From NCBI RefSeq assembly GCF_001194135.2, contig NC_068984.1, positions 94,539,120 to 94,580,202 on the forward strand: a DNA stretch of 41,083 nucleotides. Reading direction: 5' to 3'. The stretch's first letter is position 1, and each line of letters begins with the position of its first letter. The notes under the pieces were generated by a model, which was not told where the DNA came from, made no database searches, and worked only from the letters and a program-made list of their open reading frames with translations. The translations under genes and the position numbers were made by a program. This stretch comes from Octopus bimaculoides (taxonomy: Eukaryota). Shown one piece after another: positions 24,245 to 37,362 of the stretch.

Positions 24245-27240
24245 TCATCACCATTATCATCATCGCCGTTTAACGTCCGCTTTCCATGCTGTCATGGGTT
24301 GGATGGTTTGACTGAGGGCTGGCAAGCCAGAAGGCTGCACCAGGCTCCAATTCGATCTGGTAATGTTTCTACAGCTGGATGCCCTTCCTAACACCAACCA
24401 CTCCGAGAGTGTAGTGGGTGCTTTTTACGTGCCACCGGCATGAGGGCCAGCCAGGCAGTACTGGCATCGGCCACACTTGAATGGTGTTCTTTATGTGCCA
24501 CCAACATAGGAGCTAGTCAGGCAGCACTAGCAATGACCATGCTCAAATGTTGCTTTTTACGTGCCACTGGCACAGGACCAGTCAGGTGGAACTGGCAGCA
24601 ACCACACTCGAATGGTGCTTTTTACGTGTCACCGGCACAGGACCAGTCAGGTAGTACTGTCATTGACTACACTAGAGTGGTGCTTTTTACATGCCACCGG
24701 CATGGGTGCCAATCAGCCACAACGACGACTTCACTTGCCTCAACAGGTCTTCGCAAGTGCAGTTTATTGCCCAATGGTTGGAGGGTACACTTAAATGTGC
24801 TGTTTATGCTGCACTGGCATAGGCCACAGTTATGGTCTCACTTGGCTTGCCAGGTTTTCTCAAGCACAGCATATCTCCAAAGGTCTTGGTCACTTGTCAT
24901 CGCATCAGTGAGGACCAATGTTCAAATGTCATGCTTCACCATCTCATCCCATGTCTTCCTGGGTCTACCTCTTCCACAGGTTCCCTCAACTGCTAGGGTG
25001 TGACACTTTTCCACACAGCTGTCCCTATCCATAAGCAACACATGACCATACCAGCAAAGTCGTCTCTCTTGCACACCACATCTGATGCTTCTTATATCCA
25101 ACTTTTTTCTCAAGGTGCTCACACTCTGTCGTGTATGCACACTGACATTACACAACCAGCAGAGCATACTAGCTTCATTCCTTGCAAGCTTACTCATGTC
25201 CTCAGCAATCATGGCCCATGTTTCACTGCCATGTAGCATCGCTGTTCGCACATATGTGTCATACAATCTACCTTTTACTCTGAGTGAGAGGCTCTTTGTC
25301 ACCAGCAGAGGTAGGAGTTCTCTGAACTTTGCCCAGACTATTCCTTTTCTAGTAGCTACACTCTCAGAGCAACCGTTCCCGCTACTAACTCACTCACCTA
25401 GGTAACGGAAGCTATCAACTACTTGTAGTTTTTTTCCCTAGAATGTGACGGAAGCTGTTCTCTGCACATTTTCAGTGTTTATTGTCCCTGAGCATTTGCC
25501 ACATACAAAAACTCTGTTCCAAGTTAACCTTCTTTTGATATTGCTGCACCTCTTATGTGTCCATAGCTTAAACTGGGTACATCTTATAGAGTTTCTACCT
25601 ATGCCTTTTCTACAGATCAAGCAGATCTGCCTATGCCTTTTCCATCTACCTGAAGGGGTTTGAGGTTTTTGCTAAGGCCTTTCAATTCTAATCCTTGCTT
25701 CCACACCTGAAACTCCTCTAGTTCTGATAGTGACTCAGCTATTAGAGCAAGGTCATCAGCATAGAGAAGCTCCCAGGAGCATCCTGTCTTGAATTCCTCT
25801 GTTATGGCCTGGAGGACTATGATGAATAAGAGAGGGCTGAAGACTGAACCTTGGTGGACCCCATCCTCTAACCGGAGTTTTTCACTGTACTCGTTGCCAA
25901 CCTCACCTTATTGACAGCATCCCTGTACATAGCTTGTACAGCTCTCACTAACCACTCATATATCCCTAGTTTCCCCATTCACAACCAGGTAAGGGATCCA
26001 TGTCAACAAAAGCCAGGTACAGAGTTTTATCTTTGACTAGGTATTTCTCTTGCAGCTGTCTTACCAGAAATATAGCATCAGTGTTGCTTTTCCCTGGCAC
26101 TAGCCCAAACTGCATCTCATCTAGACTGACTCTCTCCATGACTTTCATTACCTGATCAAACAACTTCATACCTCTGTAATTATTTGTATCTAATGCATCA
26201 CCTTTACCTTTGTAGCAGTTGACTATGGTACTGCTACACCAGTCATTGGGTATGACTCCTTCATGTATCACCTGATTGACTATGTGGGTGACTAGACTAT
26301 TGCTGACACCACCAGATATTTTGAGCATCTCTGCAGTGATTCCTGATGGGCCGGGGCTTTCCTTGTCTTCATACTCATAATTACTTTATCTACCATGGAA
26401 CTATCAATTCGGATAGCTGGTCCCTCTGTTGGGTTGACATTTGGCAGACTCTCATTCATTCTCTTCATTTAGCAACCTTTCATTGTGGCATCTCTAAACT
26501 TCTCTCTTTGCAGCCTCATTAAATGCAAGTGAGCCATCATCCATGCAGACACATTTCTCTCCCAAGACATCATGATTCTCTCTCACACACTGTCTTGCAA
26601 CACGAAACTCTTCAAGTCTTTGGTCCTCATGATGCAGAACATTGGCAAATTTTTTCTTATCTACTTCTGGCTAAGTAAACCTGTCTCCTAGCTTCCCTTC
26701 TGGCAATCTGATACAATTCCCTGCTACTGCCATTCTTTCATTGGAGTTGCCACCCACAAAGAGAATGTCCCTGTCATTCGTCAACAAGGTAGTGTGCAAG
26801 AGGGTGTCATAAAACTGGTCTTTCTGTTATTCAGGTAGCCCTGGTTGAGGGTCTACCTGATGAACATAGATAATGGTTGCTAAACCATGTTGCAGCACTA
26901 ATCTAATCTTAAGTATTCTATCACAGACTCTGGGTATCTCGATTACCTTATGAACCCATTTCTCCGCAAGAAGTATACCCCTGCCCCTGACCCCATCAGT
27001 GTTCCCTGCCCAGAAAATCTTATACCTATGTTCTTTGCCTGTGAGGAACCTAGCAGAACTTCCTCTCCATCTTACTTTTTGGATTCAGCACAAATCTACA
27101 TTTCTCCATTCAAGCATCTCAACAATCTCACCAGATCTACCTTTCAGTGTGCCAACCTGAGATATATTTGTATGTATGCTTATTGCAGTGTGAGTATAGA
27201 CAAGTACAGATAGGAATATCCCATCGCTTGTCTACCAATG
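24245..27240 (-). mobile_element. RTE-clade LINE copy 3, reverse orientation, internally deleted
   Basis: Minus strand reads LKGRSGEIVEMLEWRNVDLC (EN start), then a deletion junction at about 26740, RT (NYRGMKLFDQVMK, LYADD), PHD-like insert, C-terminus, five minisatellite anchors and the tail at about 24245-24280. Confidence 0.92.
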
Positions 27241-27737
27241 GTATGTTACTCCATGCTCCTATTAGGAATACTCTACATAAATGTAGCATATGCACTGGGG
27301 CTAAGAACCTCTCTCTTATGAACCTTTTGAAAATACACGCTGGACTAGTTCATCATACATACTAGCACTTAGTAATTGAAATGCACCCTAGAAATGAGCA
27401 GAGCAACAATAATATAGCACATTATCCACTAGCTTAAATTATAAATATAGACCATTATGTACAATTGGATAATTGAGTATAATATAATTTACTATAGCTA
27501 AACTACCTAAAACATCGTAATCCATAGATACCTACACCCCATAGTTGACACCCTTATCCAAACACAAATACTTCCATTTTGCATCTGCAACTGATATTAC
27601 CTCTTCCCTTAGACCTAAATTGAGTACTATTCCAATACGGAATTAATTAATAAATAAATAAATAAATAGATTAATTAATTAATCAGCTAGAAATACTCGG
27701 GTTACCCTCCTTTAGCTATACACAGAATTACCGATAG

Positions 27738-27799
<62 letters not shown>

Positions 27800-29277
27800 C
27801 CATGTAAACATTTTCTTCAAATTACCCCTTTTTAATAAAAACACATAATTTAATAATTTAATACTATAAAACAGTACCACTCCTTTAATACCTTATATCT
27901 AATATTCTATATTTTACTTAGCACTGAATAACTATAAGTGAGCAAAACAAACAACCACTATTTGTCCCATCCAGTCCCTTTTGTCCCTATTCACAAAATC
28001 CTCCTTCTTCCTTCCGGCAACAACGAATCTCCTGTCCAGCTCCTATATTATGTTTAACTTTATACAGTAGATTCTCCCGATAGATAGATATAAGTTTTAT
28101 ATGTTTATGTTTTTATACGTTTATACTGTTTTATTTTTTATATGTTGTCCTTTAAGATCCTCTTCCCTTAGTCCTCTTGTTTTAGTTATCGCACTTACTC
28201 ACTTATTTACTTGTTCTTAATTTTATTTTGCTCATTTACTTGCCCATAATGGCCATGGTCTATTTATTTATTTATTTGATTTGTTTTGTTTTATCGGTTA
28301 ACCTTTAACGAACTGTAACCACACCATGGTTTTCAAAAATGTAGCTGACCAATCAAGTTGTAGGATTTACTATAACCCCCACCCCACTACACACAGGGAT
28401 TCCAAGACTTGTTGATTGACAAAAAATAACGAACACTAACACTGCACTTTGGTCTCACCTGGTCCCTTACTCTCATTAGTACACTCATATTCCAAATTTT
28501 CCCATGATAGGTTCACCATCATAGGCTGCTTATGCCATACCATCTGTAACGTTGACCCTACTAGCTGGCACTTTACATATAAACTTTCACTTCTGTAACA
28601 CAGACCATACCTTCAAATCCACCACTGTATTTCTATGTAAGCATAATGTGAATTTCTATGTAAACATAATGCGAACTACTGCCTAAATTCACCCTTCCTG
28701 AAAAAACTCCTCCTGAGAACGACTATATTCACCTATCCACAATTGGACGAAATAACATGGATCTTGGAATGCATCATAGGAAGTCTGTGGCTTATTCCCC
28801 TTTCTATATCCAAATAATTTTAATAAATTGTACTTCACTAACATCCTCATGTTTGCTCCTATTCTTTTTCTGCCCTTTCAAAAAGACAAACACACTGTAC
28901 CTATTGTTAACTGTTTCTTATATGTATTAACCCTCCCAATCACTTAGACCCTCTGAAGAAGCCTAGAGGTACATGCATCATCCAAACTTTATCTGCCCAT
29001 CCCTGCAGAACACTGAGGAGATGGAGATGGCATGGAGAACTTCGTTGCCTCTTGGCATAAATGGCTGTAAGGAACTAGAAGTACTGACAATCTGATTGTT
29101 TGCTCTTTTTTGTAATATTAGTACATGTGTGTGTAACACATAGTTATTAAATGTGTATGTATTCTTCTAATACTTTCCAATACTCTGGAATAAATAGACA
29201 TACTAGAATGTCTACCGGCTGATGTATGTCGTTTTTGTATCCTCTCCATTATCTTATTTGCTATATATATGTATATT

Positions 29278-29410
29278 TGTTATGGGTATAATAATAATAA
29301 TGAACACCCCGCCCATGTGATGAGTGGTATTTCTTAGTTGTTACAAATACTGTGGTGTCAAGCAGTCAGGATAGTCAGTCATAGATAGTTATGTCTTGCT
29401 TGTCTAACTA
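29278..29410 (+). repeat. 5' LTR, truncated by a mariner insertion
   Basis: Aligns with 33746-33880 at roughly 85% identity (hand estimate) up to GTCTAACTA. Confidence 0.88.
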
Positions 29411-30505
29411 TCAAGTCATTAAGAATGAAATGTCTAATTTTGAACTGAATGTTTATTTTATTTTATCTCAACAACAATTAATGCTGTTAACCAAAGTATG
29501 TACCTAAATTATCAACACAATTTTGCCATCTTATCAGAAGCTTATTTATGCCGGCAGTGAAGAATTCTGGAGAGCAAGAAGTGATGAAATCACAAAAGGC
29601 TGTTTTTGCATCTTCAGAGTTGAAGTTTTTTCCTTGCAAAAAGTTGACTAATGCCTGAAAAACATGTTAGTCAGTTGGTGCAAGGTCTGGTGAATATGAT
29701 AGATGACAGAGTACTTCCAAGTTCAGTTCCTGTAACTTGAGTAGTGTTCTTTGTGCAATATGTGGTCAAGCATTGTCTTGCAAGAGAATTGGTTTGTCTC
29801 TATTGACCAATCTCGTTTGTTTAATTGCAAGTTCATTCATCATTTCATCCAGCTGGTTGATGTATACATCCGCTGTAATTGACTTACCAGGTCTCATAAA
29901 GCTGCATGGATGACACCAGTGCTGGACCACCAAACAGACACCATTAGCCTTTTTTTCATGAATATTCTTTTTTAGATTCTGTTTTGGCACCTTGTCTCTA
30001 TCCAACCACTGTGCAGAATGCTTGCTATTGTTGAAAAGAATCCATTTTTCATTACATGTAACAATACGATCCAAAAATAGTTCGCTTTTATGCTGTGACA
30101 GCAAAGAACAGCAGGTTTCAAGATGATGTGTCATTTGATGTTCATTCAGTTCATGTGGTTTCCACTTGTCCAGCTTCTTTACCTTGCTGATGTTTGAGAT
30201 GGTCCAATACAGTTGGAATTGAAACATCACACTTTGCTGCTAACTTAGGTGTAGTTTGAGATGTATCCATTTCCGCTAGTTTCCACCTTGGTCTCAGGTT
30301 TACCACAGGGCTAATTTTCAAGAGTAAAGTCACCCAACTGGAACTTCTTAAACCATTGACATACGGTGTGCTCATTTATCACATCTTCACCAAACACTTC
30401 ATTGATGTTTCGAGCTGTCTGGGATGCATTGGTTCCATGACAGAACTCATATTCATAAACAACATGAATGTTTGATCTATCCATGGGTTCACAAAAATTG
30501 ATTTA
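29411..30505 (-). mobile_element. Mariner (DD34D) transposon; transposase pseudogene 30484-29487; 5' TIR missing
   Basis: MDRSNIHVVYEYEFCHGTNASQTARNINEVFG...WKPHEL...RIVTCNEKW...LLQDNA...YSPDLAPTD. TIR-like TCAAGTCATTAAGAATGAAATG follows TA at 29409-29410. Confidence 0.92.
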
Positions 30506-33500
30506 CAAGTGAAACCAGTGCGAAATAGGCAGAAAAGAAATCAAGTGTGTACTAAAATACAGTACAAACAGGACAAAAATCAGGAAACAAACTCACATTT
30601 TGCATGTGAAGGTCTACACCTGACGAAAAACTGTCCATTTAAGAAAGTGGAATGTTTCCATTGTGGGAAAATTAGACACATAAAAGCACACTGTAAAACC
30701 AAATTGACAAAATGTTGGAACAGTATGTTGTCAAAAGAAAATGGTAATGTGACTAAGAAGAAATTCGTAAATGTGAAAATTGAAAATATAAGATTAAAAA
30801 TGCAGTTTGACACTGGAAGTGATATTACCATTGTGAATGAAGAAACTTGGAAGTATATCAGTAAGCCAATATTAAGTAAGTCAACAAAAGTAGCACAGTG
30901 TTATGGGTAAAAGATTGTATTTTGTTGGTGAATTTGTGTATAATGTGACATTTCGTGACCAAATAAAAATGGCAAAAGTATGTTAAGAAATTCAGTTAAT
31001 CTATTTAGCACAGAGTGGATGGAGCTATTCAAATTGTGGAATATGCCCATAGGTGTTTTGTGTGGGAATATAGTCGGTTCAGTCGAAGGTTCGAATGCGG
31101 CTGAGGGATTGAAATGAAAACTTAAAACATTTATTTCTAGATGTTTTCTTGGGTGAGCTGGGCTGCTGCATGAAAACGAAGGCAAAAATTTTAGTAAAAC
31201 AAAGTGCAACACCTGTATTTAAGCCAAAATATAATGTACCATTTGCAGCACTAGAACAGGTAAATAAGGAACTTGAAAGACTTGAAATCCTAAGAATAAT
31301 CGAAAAGAGGGACTACTCAGATTGGGCAGCACCTACGGTCTATGTATAAAAGAAAAAAGTTAAGAGTTTGTACAGATTTTTCAATGGGGTTGAATGATTG
31401 CTTAATCTCACATAACTACCCATTGCCAAGTCCTGAGGAAGTGTTTGCAGAATTGAATGAAGGAAAATTCTCAAAATTAGACCTCTCAGAGGTATATTTA
31501 CAAATCCATGTAGAAGAAGAACGCTCACACTTATCAGCCACTGATACACACCTTGGTTTATTTAAATTTAAGCAGCTTCCCTTCAGTGTGAAAGTGATCC
31601 CTTCCATATTTCAAGAAGTAATGGATACAATTCTGGCAGGCAGAGATTTTGCTATCGCCTATTTAGACTATATAGTCTAATAAAAAGCAAATCATACGAA
31701 CAATATGTAGAACACATAAAAAGGTAGTTGAAAGAGTAAGAGAATTAGAGAATACAGTTTTAAGTTACGTGAAGAAAAATGCAAGTTCTTTCTGAAAAAT
31801 TTAAATACTTGAGCCAGATAATAGACAAAAACAGACAGAAACTGGATTCATCTAGAGCAACTGCGATAAAAAATATGCCCACACCAAATAATGAGACTAT
31901 GCTACAAGCATTCTTAGGATTAGTAAATTACTACCAAATTTATATTTCCAATATACACAATATAAGGGCTCCACTCAATGAAGGCATTTGCTGAATGCTC
32001 CACTCAATAGAAGGCATTTGATGAATTAAAAACATTGGATATTATATAAAGCTGGATATTATAATGGCTACAGGTGCAAGCGATTATAGTGTAGGAGCAG
32101 TGCTTCCGCACAAATAGCTCATGCATCATGATCATTATTACCAGCAGAAGGGAACTATAGTCAAATAGAAAAGCAAGCATTAGCAATCATATTCAGTGTA
32201 AAAAAAAAAATCCATAGATTTATTCATGGAAGAAGTTTCTGTCTACAAATGGATCATCACCCACTACTGTCAATATGCAGTTCTAAAAAAGGAATATCTA
32301 CACACACAGCAAATAGACTACAGTGATAGGGCACCACATTATTGAATTATGATTACAAAATGGAATATTAAAATTAAAAGGAGAAATTAAAAAAATGTAA
32401 TGTGAAAAGTGGTATGCAAATTACCAGTAACACTAGAAGACAAAACAAAATGTGGAAAAAGACAAATTCATAACAGAAATGAAAAGAATACTGTGGACAG
32501 GAAAAGTAAATAGGAACAGGATTGGTATAAAACAAAACCAAGATGTGAACCTATACTCAATTTGTGATGGTGTACTGATGTATGCACAGGAAGTAGTAAT
32601 ACCTGAAACACCCCAAAAGAAAATGTTGAGGCAATTCCATGTTGGACATCCTGGTATTTCGAGGATGAAAGTTTTTGTGTGTAGCTACATATACTGGGCA
32701 AAAATTGATAGAGAAATCGAAAATTTAGTGAAAAGCTGCAGAGTTGAGCCCTAGTGGCAAAATTACCAACAATAAAAGGTGAAACTTGGCCAAAAGTAGA
32801 TGTTCCATGGTTGAGACTACACATCGATTTCGCTGGTCCTTTGAATGGTTCATACTACTTAATGGTAGTAGATAGTTTCTCTAAATGGCCAGAAATTTCT
32901 AAGTGTAAAAAGCCATCCCACTTGACTACAACAAACTTTCTGCATGAGCTGCTTGCGAGATTTGGCATCTCAGATACTATATTATCTGACAATGGAACGC
33001 AATTTGTGTCTTTTGAATTTAAAAAGTTTTGTAAAACATTCACTGTAGAACATGTAACTATGGCACCATACCATCCCTGATCTAACGGACAAGCAGAATG
33101 CTTTGTTGATACATTCAAGCGACCCCTAAGAAAGTTAAATAAGGAAGTCATGGATGAGGTAGCTCTACAGCAATTCTTAAGAGTATACTGTGTGACACCA
33201 AATCCAAATACACCAGCAGGTATGTAACCAGTGGAGCGGATGTTTGTAAGGAAAATAAAATCAATCTTTGACAAATTACTACCTGATAAGAAAAGAAAAA
33301 TTGCAATGGATAATACAACAAGATACTTCAGAATTGGTGAAAATGTATTTGTTAGTGCATATAAGAACAGAAAACAAAGTTGGGAAGATGGCATGATTAC
33401 CAAACACATAGGAAAAATGTTATACTTGGTAAAAGAAAGAAAAGGAGTATACAAGAGGCACATGAATCAACTAAAAAAAAGATCTGTTGACAGCGAACCC

Positions 33501-33745
33501 AAGAAAATGAAAGAACCAATGGAACAGTTATATGATACTTTTCAAGTACCAACGCCATTCCAAATAATTGAACCCAGACACACAATCGAAAGAAAAAGAA
33601 AATGTACACAGTTCCTAGAAGTGAATACTAAATGAAAAAAATATAAAATTTTTAGATGTACGAAGAAAAACAAACTCAAAAAAGGGAGGTAGGGTGATGT
33701 AAAAATTATTACACTCCCTAAGAAAAAAAATCTTAAAAGGGCAGA

Positions 33746-33930
33746 TGTTATGGGGATAATAATAATAATGGAACACCTCCTCCTACGTGACAAGTGGTAT
33801 GTGGTAGTTGTTACAAATACTGTGATGTCGAGCAGTGGGGTAATCAGTCATAGATGGTCATGTCTTACTTGTCTAACTATACTGCTATACCAGAGTGGAC
33901 ATTATAACAGTCCAACACTGGATTACAACA
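33746..33930 (+). repeat. 3' LTR (185 bp)
   Basis: TGTTATGGGG...GATTACAACA, followed by the TSD copy ATATT. Confidence 0.88.
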
Positions 33931-33935
33931 ATATT

Positions 33936-34371
33936 CTTTTATTCTTTTACTTGTTCCAATCATTTGACTGCAACCATGCTGAAGCACTGCCCTAAAGGGT
34001 TTTAGTCAAAGAAATCGCCCCCAAGACTTATTCTCTGTAAGCCCAGTACTCGTTCTATTGGTCTCATTTGCTGAACTGCTAAGTTACGGGGATGTAAACA
34101 CATCAGTATTGGTTGTCAAGCGATGGCAGGTGGACAAACACAGACACACATACATAAATACATACACATACACACGCATATATATATATATATATATATA
34201 TGCACATACACTACAAGCTTCCTTCAGTTTCCATCTACCAAATCCATTCACAAGGCTTTGGTCAGCCCAAGGGTATAGCAGAAGATACTTGCTGAAGGTG
34301 CCACGCAGAGGAAGTGAACCTGGAACCATGTCATTGGGAAGCAAACTCCTTACCACACAGTCACACCTGCA

Positions 34372-34372
<1 letters not shown>
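33936..34372 (-). mobile_element. Full-length bipartite SINE, reverse orientation
   Basis: Same architecture as 11311-11720: tail, 3' half, microsatellite linker, tRNA-like head. Confidence 0.85.
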
Positions 34373-34421
<49 letters not shown>

Positions 34422-34528
34422 NNNNNNNNNNNNNNNNNNNNNNNNNNNNNNNNNNNNNNNNNNNNNNNNNNNNNNNNNNNNNNNNNNNNNNNNNNNNNNN
34501 NNNNNNNNNNNNNNNNNNNNNNNNNNNN
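34422..34528. other. Assembly gap (107 N) after an (AT)n tract
   Basis: Run of N. Confidence 0.99.
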
Positions 34529-34836
34529 AGTACCGCCTGACTGGCCTTGTAGGGTTTTCGAGCGAGATCGTTGCCAGTGCCCCTGGACTGGCTCTTGTGC
34601 GGGTGGCACATAAAAGACACCATTTCGAGCGTGGCCGTTTTCGTGCGGGTGACACGTAAAAGCACCCACTACACTCTCTGAGTGGTTGGCGTTAGGAACG
34701 GCATCCAGCTGTAGAAACTCTGCCAAATTAGATTGGAGCCTGGTGTAGCCATCCGGTTGCACCAGTCCTCAGTCAAATCGTCCAACCCATGCTAGCATGG
34801 AAAGCGGACGTTAAACGATGATGATGATGATGATGA
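34529..34836 (+). mobile_element. Young RTE 3' UTR and tail, 5' part hidden by the gap
   Basis: Minisatellite anchors at 34603 and 34649; tail ...GGACGTTAAACGATGATGATG with CpGs retained. Confidence 0.85.
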
Positions 34837-34841
34837 TATAC

Positions 34842-35056
34842 ACTTTTCTACTCTAGGCACAAGGCCCAAAATTTTTTGGGGAGGGGGCAGTCGATTAGAT
34901 TGACTCCAGTATGCAACTGGTACTTAATTTATCAACCCTGAAAGGATGAAAGGCAAAGTCGAACTCAGTGGAATTTGAACTCAGAACATAATGACAGACG
35001 AAATACCACTAAGCATTTCGCCTGGCATGCTAACGTTTCTGCCAGCTCGCCACCTT
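34842..35056 (-). mobile_element. tRNA-type SINE
   Basis: Reverse complement of the 8633-8835 family, ending ...CTAACGTTTCTGCCAGCTCGCCACC. Confidence 0.85.
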
Positions 35057-35069
35057 ATATATATAAGTT

Positions 35070-36013
35070 AATAAACTGTATGGATTTGGAAGACCTGCCA
35101 TGAGTGTCACCTCAGGAAATCTGGAGAAAATCCATCAGGTTGTGCCTGAGAATCATCAACAACATTGAGAATCAATCAATGACATTGCTGATGTTGTTGG
35201 TTTGTCATATGGGTCCATGCAGGCTATCCTAACATCTAAATTGAATATGCCAAATTTGTCTCTGCCGAGTTTGTGTCCCGCCTGCTGACCATTGAGCAGA
35301 AAGAACATTGCTTCAAAATTTGTCGAGATCTCTATCAGCATGCGACCGATGACCCATATTTCATGTCAAGTATCATCAGCAGTGATGAGAGTTGGATCTA
35401 TGGGTATGACTCTGAGGCAAAGCAGCAGTTGTCACAATGAAAAAGGCCTTCAACTCCATATCTGACGAAGGCAAGACAGAGTTGCATGCTCAATCAAGAG
35501 CATGCTCTTCGTTTGTTTTGACATCCATGGTATTGTGCATTGAGAATTCATCTCCCAATGCCAGACCATTAATTGAGAGTTCTTCTACAATGTTTTGAAG
35601 CTTTTGAGAGAGGGTATTCAGCAAAAGAAACCAGATATATGGAGTGTGAAGAATTGGATTCTTCACGACAACAATGCACCCTATCATTGAGCACTCTTCA
35701 CTCTTGAGTTTCTTGCCAAAAGCAACATGATATCTCTTCTGCACCTGCTCTATTTGCCAGATTTAGCACCTGCAGATTTCCATCTGTTCTTCAAAGTGAA
35801 AATGTTGCTCAAAGGTTGCCATTTTAACACCGTTGTTGAGATCCAGAGCAAATCGCAGGTTGTCTTATGGAAAACAACTTCCAGACAAGATTCTGGGACT
35901 GGTGTATTGCTGCGCAAGGTGACTATTTTGAAGGAGATGATGTTAAAACTTGGGTAAATGAGTTATTTTTTATTAAACATACTAGTCTGGGAACTCTTTT
36001 ATATCACCTCGTA
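35070..36013 (+). mobile_element. Second mariner (DD34D) relic from a different subfamily, 5'-truncated
   Basis: SDESWIYGYDSEAKQQLSQ, WILHDNNAP and PDLAPADFHLFFKVK motifs. TIR-like end GGAACTCTTTTATATCACCTCG followed by TA at 36012-36013. Confidence 0.88.
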
Positions 36014-36029
36014 TCTTCTAAGGCTGGGA

Positions 36030-36620
36030 AATTTATGGAAGAATTCCTAGTTCTGTGAGCTGGGTAGTGGTACTATTGCTGAAGAACCAAATAAATAAAG
36101 GGAATATTATCAATAATTTCCGGTGCATAACTTTACTGAATGCAGAGTTTTAAGATTTTGGCCAAGTTAGTAGCAAAGAGGTTGAGGTTTGTTGTCAGTA
36201 GTATAATTAGGAAAGCACAGACTTGTGTGATTCTGTGCCAGATATATTCACAACTACCTCTGCCTCATATGATACATTCAAGAGAGGTAGCAAATCTAAC
36301 TTTTGTGGGATCGGATATGATTAATTTGGATTAATCAAATATTCCTTTTCAGAAGTAGGATAATTCAATACATAGTGGTAGCTGCTCAGTTGTCATACTA
36401 AAATTGCCACATTCTAGAACCGTTTTTAATTGCACAGTTGGTTTGCCTAGAGTGTTCTCTATCATTTCTTCACTCTGAATTAAAACTCATGAAGGGAAAC
36501 TTTATCTTAATCCTTTTGAGATTAATAGTACCAGTTCAAGGCAGAACCATTAGAGAATTGAACAGGATTCCTTGCAGTTTCTGCTTTAGCTCTTTGCATT
36601 TGCATGGTACTACCTGCAGT
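36030..36620 (+). mobile_element. L1/Tx1-type LINE RT fragment, decayed
   Basis: NNFRCITLLNAEFKILAKLVAKRLRFVVSSIIRKAQTCVI and MINLD*S motifs, typical of Tx1-like RT subdomains 1-3. Confidence 0.65.
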
Positions 36621-36714
36621 TTGGATGGATCAATGGGTGAATGTGTGGAGTTATTTATTTGTTCTAAAAAGGGACATATAATTAAGATAGTAATTGCTTT
36701 ATTTTAAACTAACA

Positions 36715-37362
36715 GGAAGTCATCTTCATCATCATCATCATTTGAGATCCATTTTCCATGCTGGCACAGATTGGATGGTTTGACCAGTGCTGGTAAGGCC
36801 AGGGGCTGCACCAGGCTCCATTGTCTGTTCTGGCACAGTTCTTACAGCTGGCTGCCCTTTCTAATGCCAACCACTTTATTGAGTGTACTGGATACTTTTT
36901 ATGTGGCACCGGCACTGGTGCTTCTACATGGCACTGACATGGGTGCACTAGCACAAGTGAATTTTACACAGAACTGACACAGGTGCATTTCATATGTCAC
37001 CAGCATGGGTGCATTTTACATGCATTATATGTGGAACTGAAGTGGGTGCTTTTTATATGACACCAGCACTTGCGAGCTTGTAAGACAAGGACATCTTGGC
37101 TGAGAGAGGGAGGGTGGTATAGTTGTAGAAGAAATATCTATATGTATAGATAGCTACAATTTTACTTAGTTTCACATGTCTTCTCAAGCACAGCAAATCA
37201 ACAGAAGTCTCAGTCCTTGTCATTACCTCTGTTAGGCCCAACATCTGAAGATCATTTCCCACCACTTTATGCCACATCTTCCTGAGTCTGCCTCTTCTAC
37301 TGCTTCCTTCCACAATTAGAGATTGGCACTTTTTTGCATAGCTGTTTTTATCCAAGCTCAAG
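36715..37362 (-). mobile_element. Short 5'-truncated RTE 3' end, reverse orientation
   Basis: Minus-strand ORF LDKNSYAKKCQSLIVEGSSRRGRLRKMWHKVV, followed by 3' UTR and an (ATC)n tail at about 36720-36740. Confidence 0.8.

Larger units (their letters stand above)
29278..33930 (+). mobile_element. Ty3/Gypsy LTR retrotransposon (K02A2.6-like pol), decayed
   Basis: ATATT TSD at 29273-29277 and 33931-33935; TGTT...AACA termini; polypurine tract AAAAGGGCAGA before the 3' LTR. Gag zinc knuckle (CFHCGKIRHIKAHC) at about 30650, protease DTGS at about 30810, RT 31150-31990, RNase H (YSQIEKQALAIIF) at about 32160, integrase (HVGHPG, HIDFAGP, SDNGTQF) 32600-33150. Domain order PR-RT-RH-IN. Confidence 0.92.

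Noticed and set aside
29487-30484. SETMAR or other domesticated-transposase host gene
   Set aside because: No SET domain; frameshifts, stops and a first catalytic Asp changed to Asn (VTCNEKW); a TIR and TA target site are present, so it is a transposon relic.
33901-33909. Alternative 3' LTR end at ATAACA (perfect 6-bp inverse of TGTTAT)
   Set aside because: It is followed by GTCCA, which does not match the left flank. The end at 33930 is followed by ATATT, matching the 5-bp TSD.
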